In this document: positions 46,013-59,197 of the stretch, in pieces
Layout: the number at the start of each line of letters is the position of its first letter
Position numbering within the stretch: position 1 is the stretch's first letter
Assembly (NCBI GenBank): GCA_001643675.2
Contig: LSRY02000027.1
Span: forward strand, 1 to 64,000
DNA length: 64,000 bases
Reading direction: 5' to 3'
Source: Monocercomonoides exilis PA203
Taxonomy: Eukaryota; Protista; Preaxostyla
Position numbers and translations under genes: made by a program
Notes under the pieces: generated by a model
What the model was told of the DNA's origin: nothing
Databases searched by the model: none
Seen by the model: only the letters and a program-made list of their open reading frames with translations

Positions 46013-49000
46013 CTATTTGCGATTAATCTTAATTGTATGGTTGATATTTTTGAATCCCCATTTCTTTTGAGAATTTGAAATCGTAAGTTTTTTTAGATAG
46101 CGCGATTCAAATGGTGCTTTTGATTGCGAAATATGTGATGAATTGTTTGACCCATTCAGCTTGTGATGATCATTTTGCATTGCTTCTTCGGATATTGGTT
46201 TTGTCACAACAGAAAGACAATTAGAAGATTGAATAGACTTTAATGATTGAGATAATAAAATAACATTTGCTGCTTCTGTCTCATCAGCTTCCAAAGGAAC
46301 AATTTTTGGGTGAACTGAAGATGAAACGCTTTCGTCATCTGAATTTGATTGTTCATAGATATCTTTTAAGTGCATTGAAGTTGATTCTGTTTTTTCCATT
46401 TTTTCTTTTGATATTGAGTCAAAAATCTTTTCTAGTTGATTTGTAGTTTTTGCAGGTAAGGAACATTCTTCATCTAAATTCTTCTGATATGTTTCGCTCT
46501 CATAGGGAGTAAATGAATCATCTTTAAGAATGCAACTTGTCTCGTTCAATTCCAATTCTGTTGAACTGTCTTGATTTGAAAGATTCGGAAATATAATTGC
46601 ATGAGGAAGGTCATAACACTGGGAGATTGGAAAGTATGATTGTAAGTCAGAAGTATACGAAGATCCTTCATCGCTTTCCTTTAAATAAACTTCAATAAAG
46701 CATTCCATAAATTGAGGGTCTGGAAATACTTTTGATTCTTCAGAATCTTGATGCTGCTGTTGCTTAGAGCCCGCATCAGAATAAGAATCTGAAAATGTTA
46801 AAGTCTCTCCAAATGGAAGAGACTCTTCAGAAGACCTATCAATTTTCTGATAATCCAACAAAGTATTTGTAGCATCAATGACATCTTGTTTTTTGTTCAT
46901 AAAAGATTCTTCATTAACTTCAGAAGAAGGAATAGAATGAGAAGAGCCTAGCAACGATGTATTTTCTTCTGTTTCTGAGACAAGTGAGTCAAAGTGAAGG
47001 AAATTAAAAGAGAATTTCGAATGCATTTGTTCCTCTGCTTCAACAAGAATCTGTAGAGGGCTTTCGGATGCCGGCAATGCAAATTCCAAACCTTCAATTG
47101 TAACTTTCTCATATTTCGGATTCAGCAACTCGCTTAAGCGTTTATCCTGCAAAGCCAACGAAGAGATTAAATTTTCAGATGAAGCATCATTCAGAACAAG
47201 TGAATGAGTATCGCCTGGTCGTACAGCAGATGTATTTGAAGCAGAATTTGTTTGAAAACCATCTTGTGTAACAGCAGAGTAATGTTGGATGGGTTCTGAC
47301 TGATTCTTCTGAATACTTATAACTTGATCCGCATCGTAGTCATAGTTATTGTTTACTGATATATCTGCATCCTGTCGCAAAGACGACCTTGTGAGTCTTC
47401 CATAAGAAAGAAAATTGCTTTGCTTGACCGGCTGAAACTCCGCAATTTCGTAGAAATCGTTGCCAGTTCCATGAGGAGAAGCGCTTGTACTGTTTTCAAC
47501 ACCGGTTGTTGGATAGTACGAACTCGCAAATTTCTCTGCACGCAAATCTTCGTGTCTGTCTTCAGCGGGTGGATATCTTGTTGGATTTGCAGGAAAATAC
47601 TTTTCTTCTTCCAGGAAGTGATTCTCCATCATCTCGTCTGCATTCTCCATTCCGTGAGAATAGTCTAAATTCGTCCTGGAAAACGTCGATATTGGGCCTT
47701 GCAAGTTTTTCATGAAGTCGTGTATAGGGTGTGGATAAGCTATCATTACTGCCGGATTTAATATTTCTTGGCTCATTTGAGAAGGCGAGTATTCAAATGC
47801 ACCAGAAATTGGCAGTGTCTGCGCGTGCATCAATTTGGCTGTCTCGTCTGTTTCATTAGCAAATCCCATCGGGAGTATCCGCTGGTTTCCTAGGAAAGCA
47901 GGTGAATAAGAGCGTGTTGGTGTGATCATTGGCTGCGGAGTGGGATTCAGCATCGCTACATTCAGAGGCTGCAAAGGAACGAATGGCTTCGGCTTCAGAA
48001 AAGGAAGTGGTGCTGGTGTTAATGAAGCTTTTGGTTGTTCAATAAACTGATTGACGGGTGCAGGCGAAATTCTTTCAGGTGTAGCTGACATTGGACGCTG
48101 TGTGAGCCGAATAGATGAATTTCCACGTTGATTTTGCAGCTGCTTTGCTTCTTTCTGGTTGACTTCTCTTTCCTTTTTCTCTTTTTCTTTTTGCTTTTTC
48201 TTAAGTTCTTTGGCTTTTGCCCGTTCTTCGGCAAGCTTTCTTTCTCTTTCTTTTCTTTTCTCTTTTTCTCTGGCTTTTGCGATGGCAAGCTCTTCCTTTC
48301 TCTTCTTCTCCAACTCTTTCTCTCTTTCTTTTCTCTCCTTTTCCAGCTGAAGCTGACGTTCTTTCTCTTTTTCTCTTCGAAGTTGCTCCAATCTTTCCCT
48401 TTCTTCTTCTTCTTTCTTCTTTTGCTCTCTTTCCCTTCTTCTTCTTTCTTTCTCTTCTTTCTCTTTCTTTATTCTTTCTTGCTCCTCTCTTCCAATTCTT
48501 TCTCTTTCTCTTTCTTCTTCTTCTCTCTTCTTTCTTTCTCTTTCTTCTTTCTCTTTCTTCTTTTGCTCTCTCCTTTCCTTTTCCTTTCTTTTCCTTTCTT
48601 CTTCTTGTTTTGCCTTCTCCTTTTCTCTCTGTTCTCTTTCTAATCTCTCTTCTTCTGTTTCCTCCTTTCGTTCTTTTGCCTTTTCTTCTCTCAGTTTCTT
48701 CTCTCTTTCTTCTCTTTCTTTTCTCTCCAATTCCTTCTGCTTTGCCTTTTCTTCGCGTATTCTCTGCTTTTCCTTCTCCTTCTGAATCATCTCTTCCTTT
48801 TTCTTCCTTTCATTTTCTCTTCTTTCCCTTTCTCTCTCCAACTTTTTCTTTTTCGCTTTCTCCGTCTCTTCTTCTCTCTTTCTTCTTCTTTCTCGTTCTC
48901 TCAGAAGTTCGTCTTCTCTTTTGCGATATTTCTCTTTCATTCTCTCGTGAAAGCGATCCGATTCCAACAGCCTAATTTTCTCCAGCATTTCAATCTCGTC

Positions 49001-52000
49001 CAAATCTCCGTCAAAGTCTCTGTCTGAATCGTCGTCGTCACTGTCGTTTCTTCTCCAATGGTGATGAATTCTGCTTCTCCCCATCTCGTCCATCTTCATC
49101 GCTATTTGCATAATCCTGTCGCTCGGACTGTTGCCTCTCTTGTTCCCCCATTCACCTTCATTCAGAATCTTCTCCAGCTGACTCAGCTTTCTTTTGTCTC
49201 CTTTTGACAGATTCCCTCTTGATTCAGTGCGAAGCCGCTCGCTCATCATCTCCAACAGCCTTTCTGCTGCTCTTTCGCGCTGCTTTGACCCTTTTCCGAG
49301 TCCAGATCTGCCTTCTCTGTGTCTTCGTGACTTTAAATAACTCAAAAAGGGTGGCGATGGAGGAGAAGGAGGGGAGGGCTTTCTGGGCGAGCGTGAACGC
49401 GGTGGAGAAGGGTATTCGCTGCGCAGCTCAGAAATCAGCGTTGAGAGAGCAGAGAAGAAGGATGCCTGTGTTGATGGAGAAACGTGATCGTTGCTGCGAT
49501 TCATCGAAGCGACGATGGAAGATGTGAGGCAGGACAAAGTGTACAGCCTCGTTCGCCGAGAGGCTGTCCCATTTCTCAGACGAGAAAATGGAAGGTCATC
49601 ATCGTCGTCTTCGTCATTGTCTTTTGGAGACGTAGAAGAACGCTTCGAAGTCTTCAAACTTGTGTCTATTATTTCAATGTCTTCTGATTGGGTAGCTGCG
49701 CTTGTTTTGCTCGTGGCTTCTTCGACAGAAGCTTCTTCCGCTTTAGTTAATTTTTGTTCTTCTTCTGGCTCTTTCTGAGTTTGTTGTGATGGTAATTGAT
49801 CCCCTTTGCTAAGAATAGAGCTTTCCTCATTTCCCTTTTCCTCCTCAGTTTGCTTGGTATGCTCTTTTTCTTTGAGCTTGTTTTCTTCTTTATTTTCTTC
49901 CAATTCATCTTTTGATTTTTCATCTGTTTTTGTTTCATCATTTTTGGAATCGTTTTCTGCTTCTGCAACCTTTTCTTCCTTCTTCTCTGCTTCCAAAATG
50001 CTGGCAATTGTTGCAAGAGGAATAAAATTAGTCGTGTCAACTGGTTGAATTGTTGATTGCTTTCTTTTGTCGTTTTTGGCCAAATCGCTTTTTGTCTGCT
50101 CTTCATCCATTTCTCGGTCCATTCCTTCTTCATAACTCCTTATCTTTTGGAATACTTTTTGTTCCACTTTCATCATCTTCTTTTCATCTGGCTCTTTCTT
50201 TGGAGAAGTTGACAAAGATAGTTTGTTGATTCTCTTTCTCAGCTCAACAATTTGATCGATCAATTTCGAGCGCTGTTTTTCGATTGAAGTGTGTTTCTTT
50301 TGCATTTCTTCTTTTTGTCGCTTCAGTCTATCAATCGCTTTCTTTTCCTCTGCTTTAGCTTCTCTGGAAATAGGCTTCCGCCGCTCTTCTTTTATCTTCA
50401 TCTTTGCTCTGATGTTGTCGTTAATCTCGCAGAGCTGGCTCACATGCTGCATCCATTTAAGATGAAGCATCTGCTCCTTTCTGAGCTTCCGCCTCAGTCT
50501 TCTTTTCAGCTCTTGTTTTCTGTTCCGCTCTGCTAATTTTTGCTGCCTGATGGTTATTCTCTTCTCCATCTTTCTGACGTGTCGTTCCTGGCGCACACAT
50601 TCTTCGTCTGACTCTGAATATTCTGCAGCCTCTTCCCACGGAAGCTCAACACACGAACGAGTGGAGCAGATGGACGAAGTTGACTCATAGCTAGTTGAGA
50701 ATGAGCGAGAAGGAGAAGTGTATGATGAGTACGAAGATGAAGGTGATAAGGAATTGCGATCCAATAAATTGAGCATGGAAGATCTCACAAGCAAGCTAGT
50801 TTCTTTATTTGATGCAATTTGGTTGTCTCTTTCATCGCTATTAAATTTCTCCTTTTCCAAAGATGGTGAAATTTTGTTATTCGCTTTTGGAATATGCTTC
50901 CGTTTCGATTTCTCTTCTGGGCGAGTAGCTTTCTTCGCATTAAAAGCAGAATTTTGTGTTTTCTGTGTGCTCTTTCTGTGGTTTCTGGGATGATGAACGT
51001 GGATGTGGTGGTGATGGCATCGCGAACGATGAGGCGACAGAGAAAGCGGATGAGCAGATGAATGACTGAAAGGCGACTCTGAATTTGAAGAGGAGGAATA
51101 AGGTGAAAGGACCAGAGATGGCGATATGGATGCTGAGGATGATGAAGACAGAGAAGTTGATATTCTGCGTCTTCGAACTAATCCTTCTTTTAAAGAAGAA
51201 AGAGCTGGTGCTACAAGCATCTCGCTGCGACCTCTTTGGCTTCCATTCAGAATCTTATCAATTGTCTTCATGAAGGAATTCTTTTCTTCTTGTTTCTGGT
51301 ATTTGAGATGTGCTGCTTGTTGCTTCAGAAGATGCTTCAAGTTGTCCAACTCCTTTTTCTCCTCGTCTTTCCTCTCCAATCGTGTCAAAAATGTCTTTTT
51401 GCTGAGACGATCCTTAATCTCTCGCAGCTTTTCTCGTTTGAACTTCCGAATAATTGCTTTGTCATGTGCTCTTTCTTCTGATATCTCTGCCGTTCGGTTC
51501 GGCCACCGATACAACTTTTGCTTCTGTTCAAAGGCCAGAGAGTTGAGAACCTTGAGCTTTTGATCAAAGCTCGCTGGTATCTGCATGCGGATCAACACTT
51601 TGTGCTCTTCTTTGAGTGGGCGCGAATGACCCCACGTTATTCTGTCTTGTTCCTTTATTCTTTCTGCTTCTTTTTGCATTGCTCGTCGCATTGGCCAATC
51701 TTGTCTTCTTTTGACAACGCGCTGAATTGTCTCTCTGTTTTCTTTCAGCTCCTTCAGCCTTTCAAACATCTCCCATCCTTTTATCCTCTTCTCTCCGTTC
51801 GATATTTCTCCCAAAATCCTCACTGGCTTAAACATTCCTACGAGAAACTTTGTCAGTGCTTGAAGTTCAGCCAGACGTTCAAAGAAGCAATGATCCGGAT
51901 TGATAGTGAAGAATTCTGTGATTGAAATGCGATCGTCCAACGATGTGTGCTTCTCTTTCATTGCATCTTTGATCCATTCCCAGGCTTCGGCTTCTGTTTC

Positions 52001-55000
52001 CGTGCACCAATACGCTCCAGGATGAAGTGGAACAGTCAACTCCATCGCCTTTGCTGCGATGTACTCTCCTTCCACAATCTCTTTTAGCCATCGTTTCGCT
52101 CTGAGTTGGCTTTCCAACTCCACTTCTGCTCTGTTTGGAGTATCTGCAAGCCATTCAATCCGTCGGCATTCAACAACTACTGCAAAGTCATCCACTGTAA
52201 AATGGCAAATTGCAGATGGCGGAGGAACAAATGGACATTTCAGAGGCAAAAGTTGATTTGAAACAGATTCAATTGTTGAAAGTGATGCTTTACCGATATC
52301 TTTTCTATCTTCTCCATTCTTATTGCTTGAAGAAGAATCATTTCCATCAAGCAATTGAATGTTCTTTGTGCAATTTTGGAGCAATTCAGAGAGAAGAGCA
52401 GTTGTGGTGGCATTAGTACAGAGCAATGTATAATTATTTGTTTCGAGCAAAAGTGCTTCATTTGGTGAAGAAAGAATCACATTGTTTACAAAAGTGCCTG
52501 AAGGAATGCTGCTCAAAGTGTGTGAATGATAATGCTCATAAAGTGGAAGGAATGGATCTTGCCGCAAAGAAGTTATTTGCTCCTTGTTTCCAACATCTTC
52601 ATCGTTTGGTTCTTTCAAATTTTCCGATTTTCTGTACTTTTCGATTTCACCATTCATTTTTGATTCAGATACTGTTTTTTCTTCTTTTCCTGCTGTAAAT
52701 TTCTTTTCATTAGCTTTTGTCGATTCTTCTTTCTCGCTGGATGCTCCGCCATTTGATATCTGTGATTCAACAGTTGCAACTTTGGTAGTTTTGCACGGCG
52801 ATTCGCTCTCGTTAATTCCATCTTCTTTTTCTTTTTCTTCTTGTGGTATTGCCTGTTTAGTGTACATGTTCTTCCAATAGTAATTCATCTCTTCGTTTGA
52901 ATTTGTATCGATCCACTTCAATTTGGAGACAGTGATCTTCGAAGAAAGCTTAACAATCTCTTTGATTATCGGCTCCAACGATATCTTCGAAGAAAGAACC
53001 TCAGAAATAGAAAGCGGAAGAGTAAAAAGCGCATAACAGAATGTGGGGCGAGGGCCAGCCGTAAGAACAGGAATGATAAAATCACAGACATATCCAGAAG
53101 GTGAAGAATCAGGCGAGCGAGTGAATCTGTGGATTTCATAGTCACCTCTGCTCTGATTCTGAACAGTGGGATGTATTGCACTTATTTTTGTGAGCTCTTG
53201 AATGTATTCTTTTGTTGGAATCTGCCCGTAATTATTCGCACACAATTTTGAAACCTCTTCGTTTGCAAGTGCAAATCTGCTAGTGGATTTCACTTCCTCA
53301 TCTTCGTATGACTTCTTTTGTGAACCAAAAAACTTGCTCGAAAGTTTATTTTTAATATTCGTCAACTTTTGTTCATTTTCTTTCTTTCTCTTTTTAATTA
53401 AGTATTCCTGCAATCTTTTCATGTTAGTCTCACGTATTGTTGACACTGGAGGCTCATCAACTTTGCGGCAGACAACTTGAAGCACCTTTCCTTCCCACAT
53501 CATCCATCTTCTTTCTCTCCACGTTATGCTGTCAAGATGGCTTGCATTGCTTGTTTGAAATGCCAAAGATGAATCCAAATCATATCCAGTTCTCTTTCTT
53601 TTCCTTTCTCTTTCTTTTTCTCTTTCTGTATGACGTTGATCCCACTCGCTTGTGTATTTCATCACTTCAGCTTCTGTATTCCCAACAACAGGCTCAACAA
53701 TCAAACATTCTCTTCCCCAGTTGCTATTCAGCCATTTAATCTCATTCTTTTCTGCTTCATTGAAAGATGTCAAAGCAGTTTCGTTTTTTTCTTGTTGACT
53801 TACTTCGGCTTTCTTATTTTCAGACAACTTGTGTGGCATTTCTGAAAGAGTTTGTAACGCTTCAACTGCAACTGAAGAATTCGACTCTGGAAAGTTTGTT
53901 GGCAGATAACGAGAATGCTGCGTATCAAACTCGTTGAGATCGCTAGTCCACAGAACAGTAGAGCCTTCAAAACTGCGACATTGGCTGATTGGTCCTCTCT
54001 GATATTTGTAGCTTCCATTAAGAAAAGTGTTTGAAGGCAAGTCTTCCAAATTGTTGTAATATGATGAATTTGGGCTTCCATTGTTCGTGTTTCTAAATTT
54101 ATTCCCACTGAATTTGAGATCAGAGTCCATCATTTCTTCGATTGCTTCTTTGCTGCATTTAATTAGTGACTCTGCTCTTTTGCCAATGTTCTTGTGCACA
54201 ACATCATCACCATCTGAATCCAGCAAATCTCCAAAAAAGAAGGAAAATTCTTGTGAAGCTTTCTGCCTTTTTTGATTCAATTTTGCTTTCAGTTTCTTCC
54301 TTCTAACGTTCGTTTTGTTCAAAACGCTTTCCAAACGATCTGCCAAATAAACTTTTTCTTTCTTTTCGTTCTCTTCCTCAGTTCCGTAACTTTGTTTCTG
54401 CTTTTCGTAAAATTGGTTCTTTCTGTTTTGCATCTTTGTTATTTCCAGCCATTCCATATGATTGTCATCGCCAACACTTTCGTTGGTTCCACTCCAATCT
54501 GAAATAGGTTCATTAAACACATGAACAGCACTGAATTCCTCTTTCTTCTGTTCTGTCTCATTCTCATCTTTGCTATCAAAATCAGAAACGTCAATTCTGA
54601 AAGGTTTGGAATAAAAATTGTATGTGATATCATGAATATAATTATTGATGTTCTCTTTTTCCTCATTCCATATTTCCCCAGTTTGCTTGCTCCTGTATTC
54701 TTCGAGTGAGTCGTCGAATGTGATTGGATTTGACTCATTGTTGTTCCACTTTCTTCTTGTCGTTGTGTATTTATTATTTTCAGAAATTGTCGAAAGGATA
54801 TCAATATCGTTTTTGCTTCTCATCCACAAATCTTCGCTTTCCAATCCATTAAGATCCCAGATATCTTCTTTTCTCAATCGCCCTCCTTTTTCTCTGCACA
54901 TAATTCCCTTCTGATTGTGTTGCCGAGTCACCCCCACGCTGAACTTGCCTGATAATGCACACCATTTTTCAGTAAACTCCGCCACTTCCATCCGCTGCCT

Positions 55001-58000
55001 AATCTCCTCAAACTGCCGCAGCTCTTGCACTGAGTACTGAGGAAGTAAATCCGAAAATACATCCTGAGACAAAATTGTCATGCTGCTGCCAACACTTTCT
55101 TCCTGCTCCAATTCTTTTTGCCACTCAAGCGAATATATTTCTCTGCTTTCATCCATCATTGCATCATGGTCAAAGCCCTCGTTTTCGAAATCTCTAATCT
55201 TATTCCCATGCATCCTTATCAAAGCTTCCTTTTCATTCGGTGACAGAATGCTGTTGATGCCAAAAGTGAGCACAATTGCAGTAAATTTCCTTTCTTCGTT
55301 GATTCTCCTCCAATTCCATATTCCCATCACAATATCATGCTGCCATCTATTTGTCTTCCTCTGAACTTCTTTCACAAAAGTAAGCACCTTTTCGCGAAGT
55401 TTTGATTCCATTCTTTTTGTGTGAAACATATTGCTGAAGTTGATATTCTTCAAAAAGGGTTTTGCTGATTCATTGGCTGTGGTTGTGTCTGTGAATGGCA
55501 GAATTGATGAAGGTGCAGGGGCAGATGAAGAACCATTATGATCGCTTGATCCAGAAGTTGAGTGAGATGTTGAATCGCCAGTATTTGGAGAGGATCCTTT
55601 TTCGCATTTATCTTCAATTGCTGATACTTCTTTGCTATTTTTAGTGTCTTTTGTGGTTGTTTGTTCAGAATGCTTGATGTTGTCAGCCTCATTTGTTGTG
55701 TTGCGATCTTTGCTGTCAATTTGTTCAATCTTCTCTTCTTCATTGTTAAGCTTTAACTCTTTTGCATCCTCCAATTCTTCTGAATTGTTTTGATTCTTTT
55801 TCTTTTGTTCGTCTTTCATTTTTTCTCCTTCCTTTTGCTCTTCAGTTTCTTGCTTGTTTATCTGATTGGCTTTGCTCTGCTCATTTTCGTCTTGACTCTT
55901 TTTTTGTGTTTCCACTTTTTCGTCACCCGCTTTTTTTGTGTTTTCATTTTTCTCTCTTTTTTCAGTCTCTTGTAACTCTTGTAACTCTTGTAACTCTTGT
56001 AACTCTTGTAACTCTTGTAACTCTTGTAACTCTTGTAACTCTTGTAACTCTTGTAACTCTTGTAACTCTTGTAACTCTTGTAACTCTTGTAACTCTTGTA
56101 ACTCTTGATACCCTTTATACCCTTGATACCCTTGATACCCTTGATACCCTCGATTCCCTTGAGACTCTTGAGACTCCGTGTTTATTCTTTGAGTGTAGTT
56201 TGGCTTGCATTCTAAGTAATTTTCAGGTAATTCAATGTAAATCTGCTTTTTATTCAACCAATCTTCAATATTTTCAGCTATATCTTCTTCTTTCTTCTTT
56301 TCCTCTATTTCTTTGTATGTTTTGTATTTATTCTGTTCAGATTTCGCCCATTCGAATAACTTGAGTGTTATATCGTCCTCAGATTTCATGCTCTTTATTT
56401 TCTGTATTTCAGAATCGTTATTCTCATGTTTTGTGAAATCTTTCCTTTGATACTTTTTCTTTAATTCACTGTTCATTGAATCAAAGTTTGCGTTCATTTC
56501 ATCCAAAATTATTTTGATCTCATTTTCTGCATCTTTTGGTGATATTCCCTCTGGTAGCACTGGTGTACTGCATGGATCAATACAGTCTGAGTATAAACAC
56601 GTTTTGTTCTCTCCGTCAGTTTCTATATCTTTCTTCTTATCAACATCATAAATAACTCCTTTAACATATGCAGGCTGCTTTTTTAAATCATCTTTAAGCG
56701 AACTAAGTGAGTCCAAATGGTTGTCTTCAAAACAAGTGACATTTTCTTTTGTTTCTTTGCATTCAACTTCTTTGTGTGGTTGTTGTTGAGGCTTTATTTC
56801 AATTTTGTCTCCATCTTCATTTCCAATGCCTTCCTTTTTTCTCTTTTTGGCTCGCTCTCCTTCTCCATCTCTTTCTCTTTCTCTTCCTTCTTGCCTTTCT
56901 CCTTCTATTTCGTCTTCAAAAGCTCCCTCTTCAAATGCTCCTTCTCCTCCTTCTCCAACTCCTTCTTCTCCCACTTCCTCTTCGTGATGGTGTCCGTCGA
57001 CTTCTTCGTTGCCATCTTGTTGGTTGTTGTTTTCTTCGTCTTCTGTTTGGTTATTTGGGAGCCCTTCGATATTCACTCCCATGCTCCTCATAATATGGAT
57101 GAAAGTGATGATTGACACTATCAAAATGAGAGTTGCCTCAAAATATGATATACTTTTTCCTTGTTCAATGAGCATTGATGACGATACCTCATACGCGTAT
57201 GCATCAATTGGATAGTCATACATGTCAAATACGGAAGGTGAGAAAATGACTTTGAACGAGCAAGAATCATCACCTGGAAACTGCTGCAATTTTTCCTTTA
57301 TGTATTTGAACGCATCCTTCTCTTTTTGTTCCAGTTCCATCAACCACAACGCAATGCTTGCCTTGTAATGTGGTTCTGTCACTTTTCCTGAATGCACACT
57401 TTTTCCATCAAAAGATGTGGCTTTCTCATTCTGTGGTGCTTCGTCTGACTCATTGGCAGTGCCTTTTCCTTCATCGTTTCTATTCGTCTGCAAAGTGCTC
57501 CTCCTTGTTTTGATTTCTGTTTTCGCTTTTGCCCACTCTGAGAATATTTCGCAAAGCCATTTGTAGTCTCTGCCTTGTGCCATCATCAGAGCGCCTGTCA
57601 TTTCTGAGAATTCAGACATCTTCAGCAGAGACACACCCAAGTTGTCTGTTGTAATGTGCACAAGAACATCCATAACAATGCCAATACTTCTGCGAATCAA
57701 TGAAAGCTGGAAATGAAGCAAGCGAATCAGCTTTATCAGTTTTGGGATCACATTTTTGGGAACATCTGTGCATCTCCATTTGTCAGCAGAATTAAGCTCC
57801 AACAAAAAATGTAGTTGGACAAACTTTGCTTTGACGAAACCTGTCACAATCGCATTTGATGGAATGGCTCTTTCCAATTCTTCCTCCTCTTTTGTCAATC
57901 GAATATGGAGCACTTCACTCAAATCAACTAATTTGAACCATTCATTCAGCATCTGCATCTCATTCAGTATTTCCTCTTTTCTCATCACAAGCAGCTCTGT

Positions 58001-59150
58001 CTGCTGCTGCATAATTCGAAGCATTGTTTTTCTCGCCTCAAATAGCAGGAAATGAGTCTCTTGAGCATTTGAACCATTGAAAAGAAGAGGCATTCCTTCG
58101 AAAGAGGAGGAAGAGGAGTAGCTAAACAGGAAGAAATGCACAACATCAGCAGCTGACGAGAATATTTCTTGTGGAATGCTGTATGACAAGTCTGCTATTG
58201 AAGATGATGATGAAGGTGAAGATGCAGAAGGGGATGAAGAAGTTGATGATGTTGTTTCCATATTCGTTGTTTGTGACGTTATTGTATCTGTACCTGAATA
58301 TGAATATGAATCTGAATTAAGAAAAGGGCAAATCTCCGTCAAATTTGTTGTGACCAACTGGCTTGTGTTGTTCATTATTTCCAATGAAATAACAAAATTA
58401 GAAATGTCTGGAAACATAATCACAGAGCGAGCAAGTATTGATAGAATGTGGTATGTCACATTTGGTATGCTGCCTACTGCATTGTGAGTGATGTCATTCT
58501 GAGTGTTTGCATTGCTTCTCACTCCTCTCTGTTCAACTTCTCTCCAAACAGCTGCAATCAAAGCACTTCCTTCTCTCACTCTGTTTTCATTTGATGGATT
58601 TCCTTCATTTCCTGTTGCTTCGTCAAAAGAAGTGTCTTCTGCTGTTGTGATCTCAGTGTGCTCAATGTTCTCGTTATCAGTCGTCTCTTCTCTATGGATG
58701 ATGCCGCCTCTTGTTTGTTCACTCTCAAAAGAATGAAAAGTATGACCATTGTCAAACAAAACTCTTTCTGTTCCTTTTTCTCCTTTTCTCAACACAAAAA
58801 AGACATATTCAGGAGCTAATGATCTGTAATACTTTGGATCGAAATATTCGCCATATGAAAATGTGTGAAGAATTAATTTGTCAGATGGAATCAAAGGTGT
58901 TGGTGGATTGTCATCTGGTGTTGTGTGGATGTTTGTTGAGGAAGAAGGTGAATCAATTTCATTCGATGAACTCATCTTTGGGGATGATGATGAGGATGAA
59001 GAGGAAGAAGAAGGAGGAGGAGGAGGAGGAGGAGGAGGAAAAGAAGGAGGAGAAGAAGAAGAAGAAGAAGAAGAAGAAATAGAAAATGATGAAGATGAAG
59101 AAGAAGGCGAAGAAGAAGAAGAAGAAGAAGAAGAAGAAGAAGAAGAAGAA

Positions 59151-59197
<47 letters not shown>
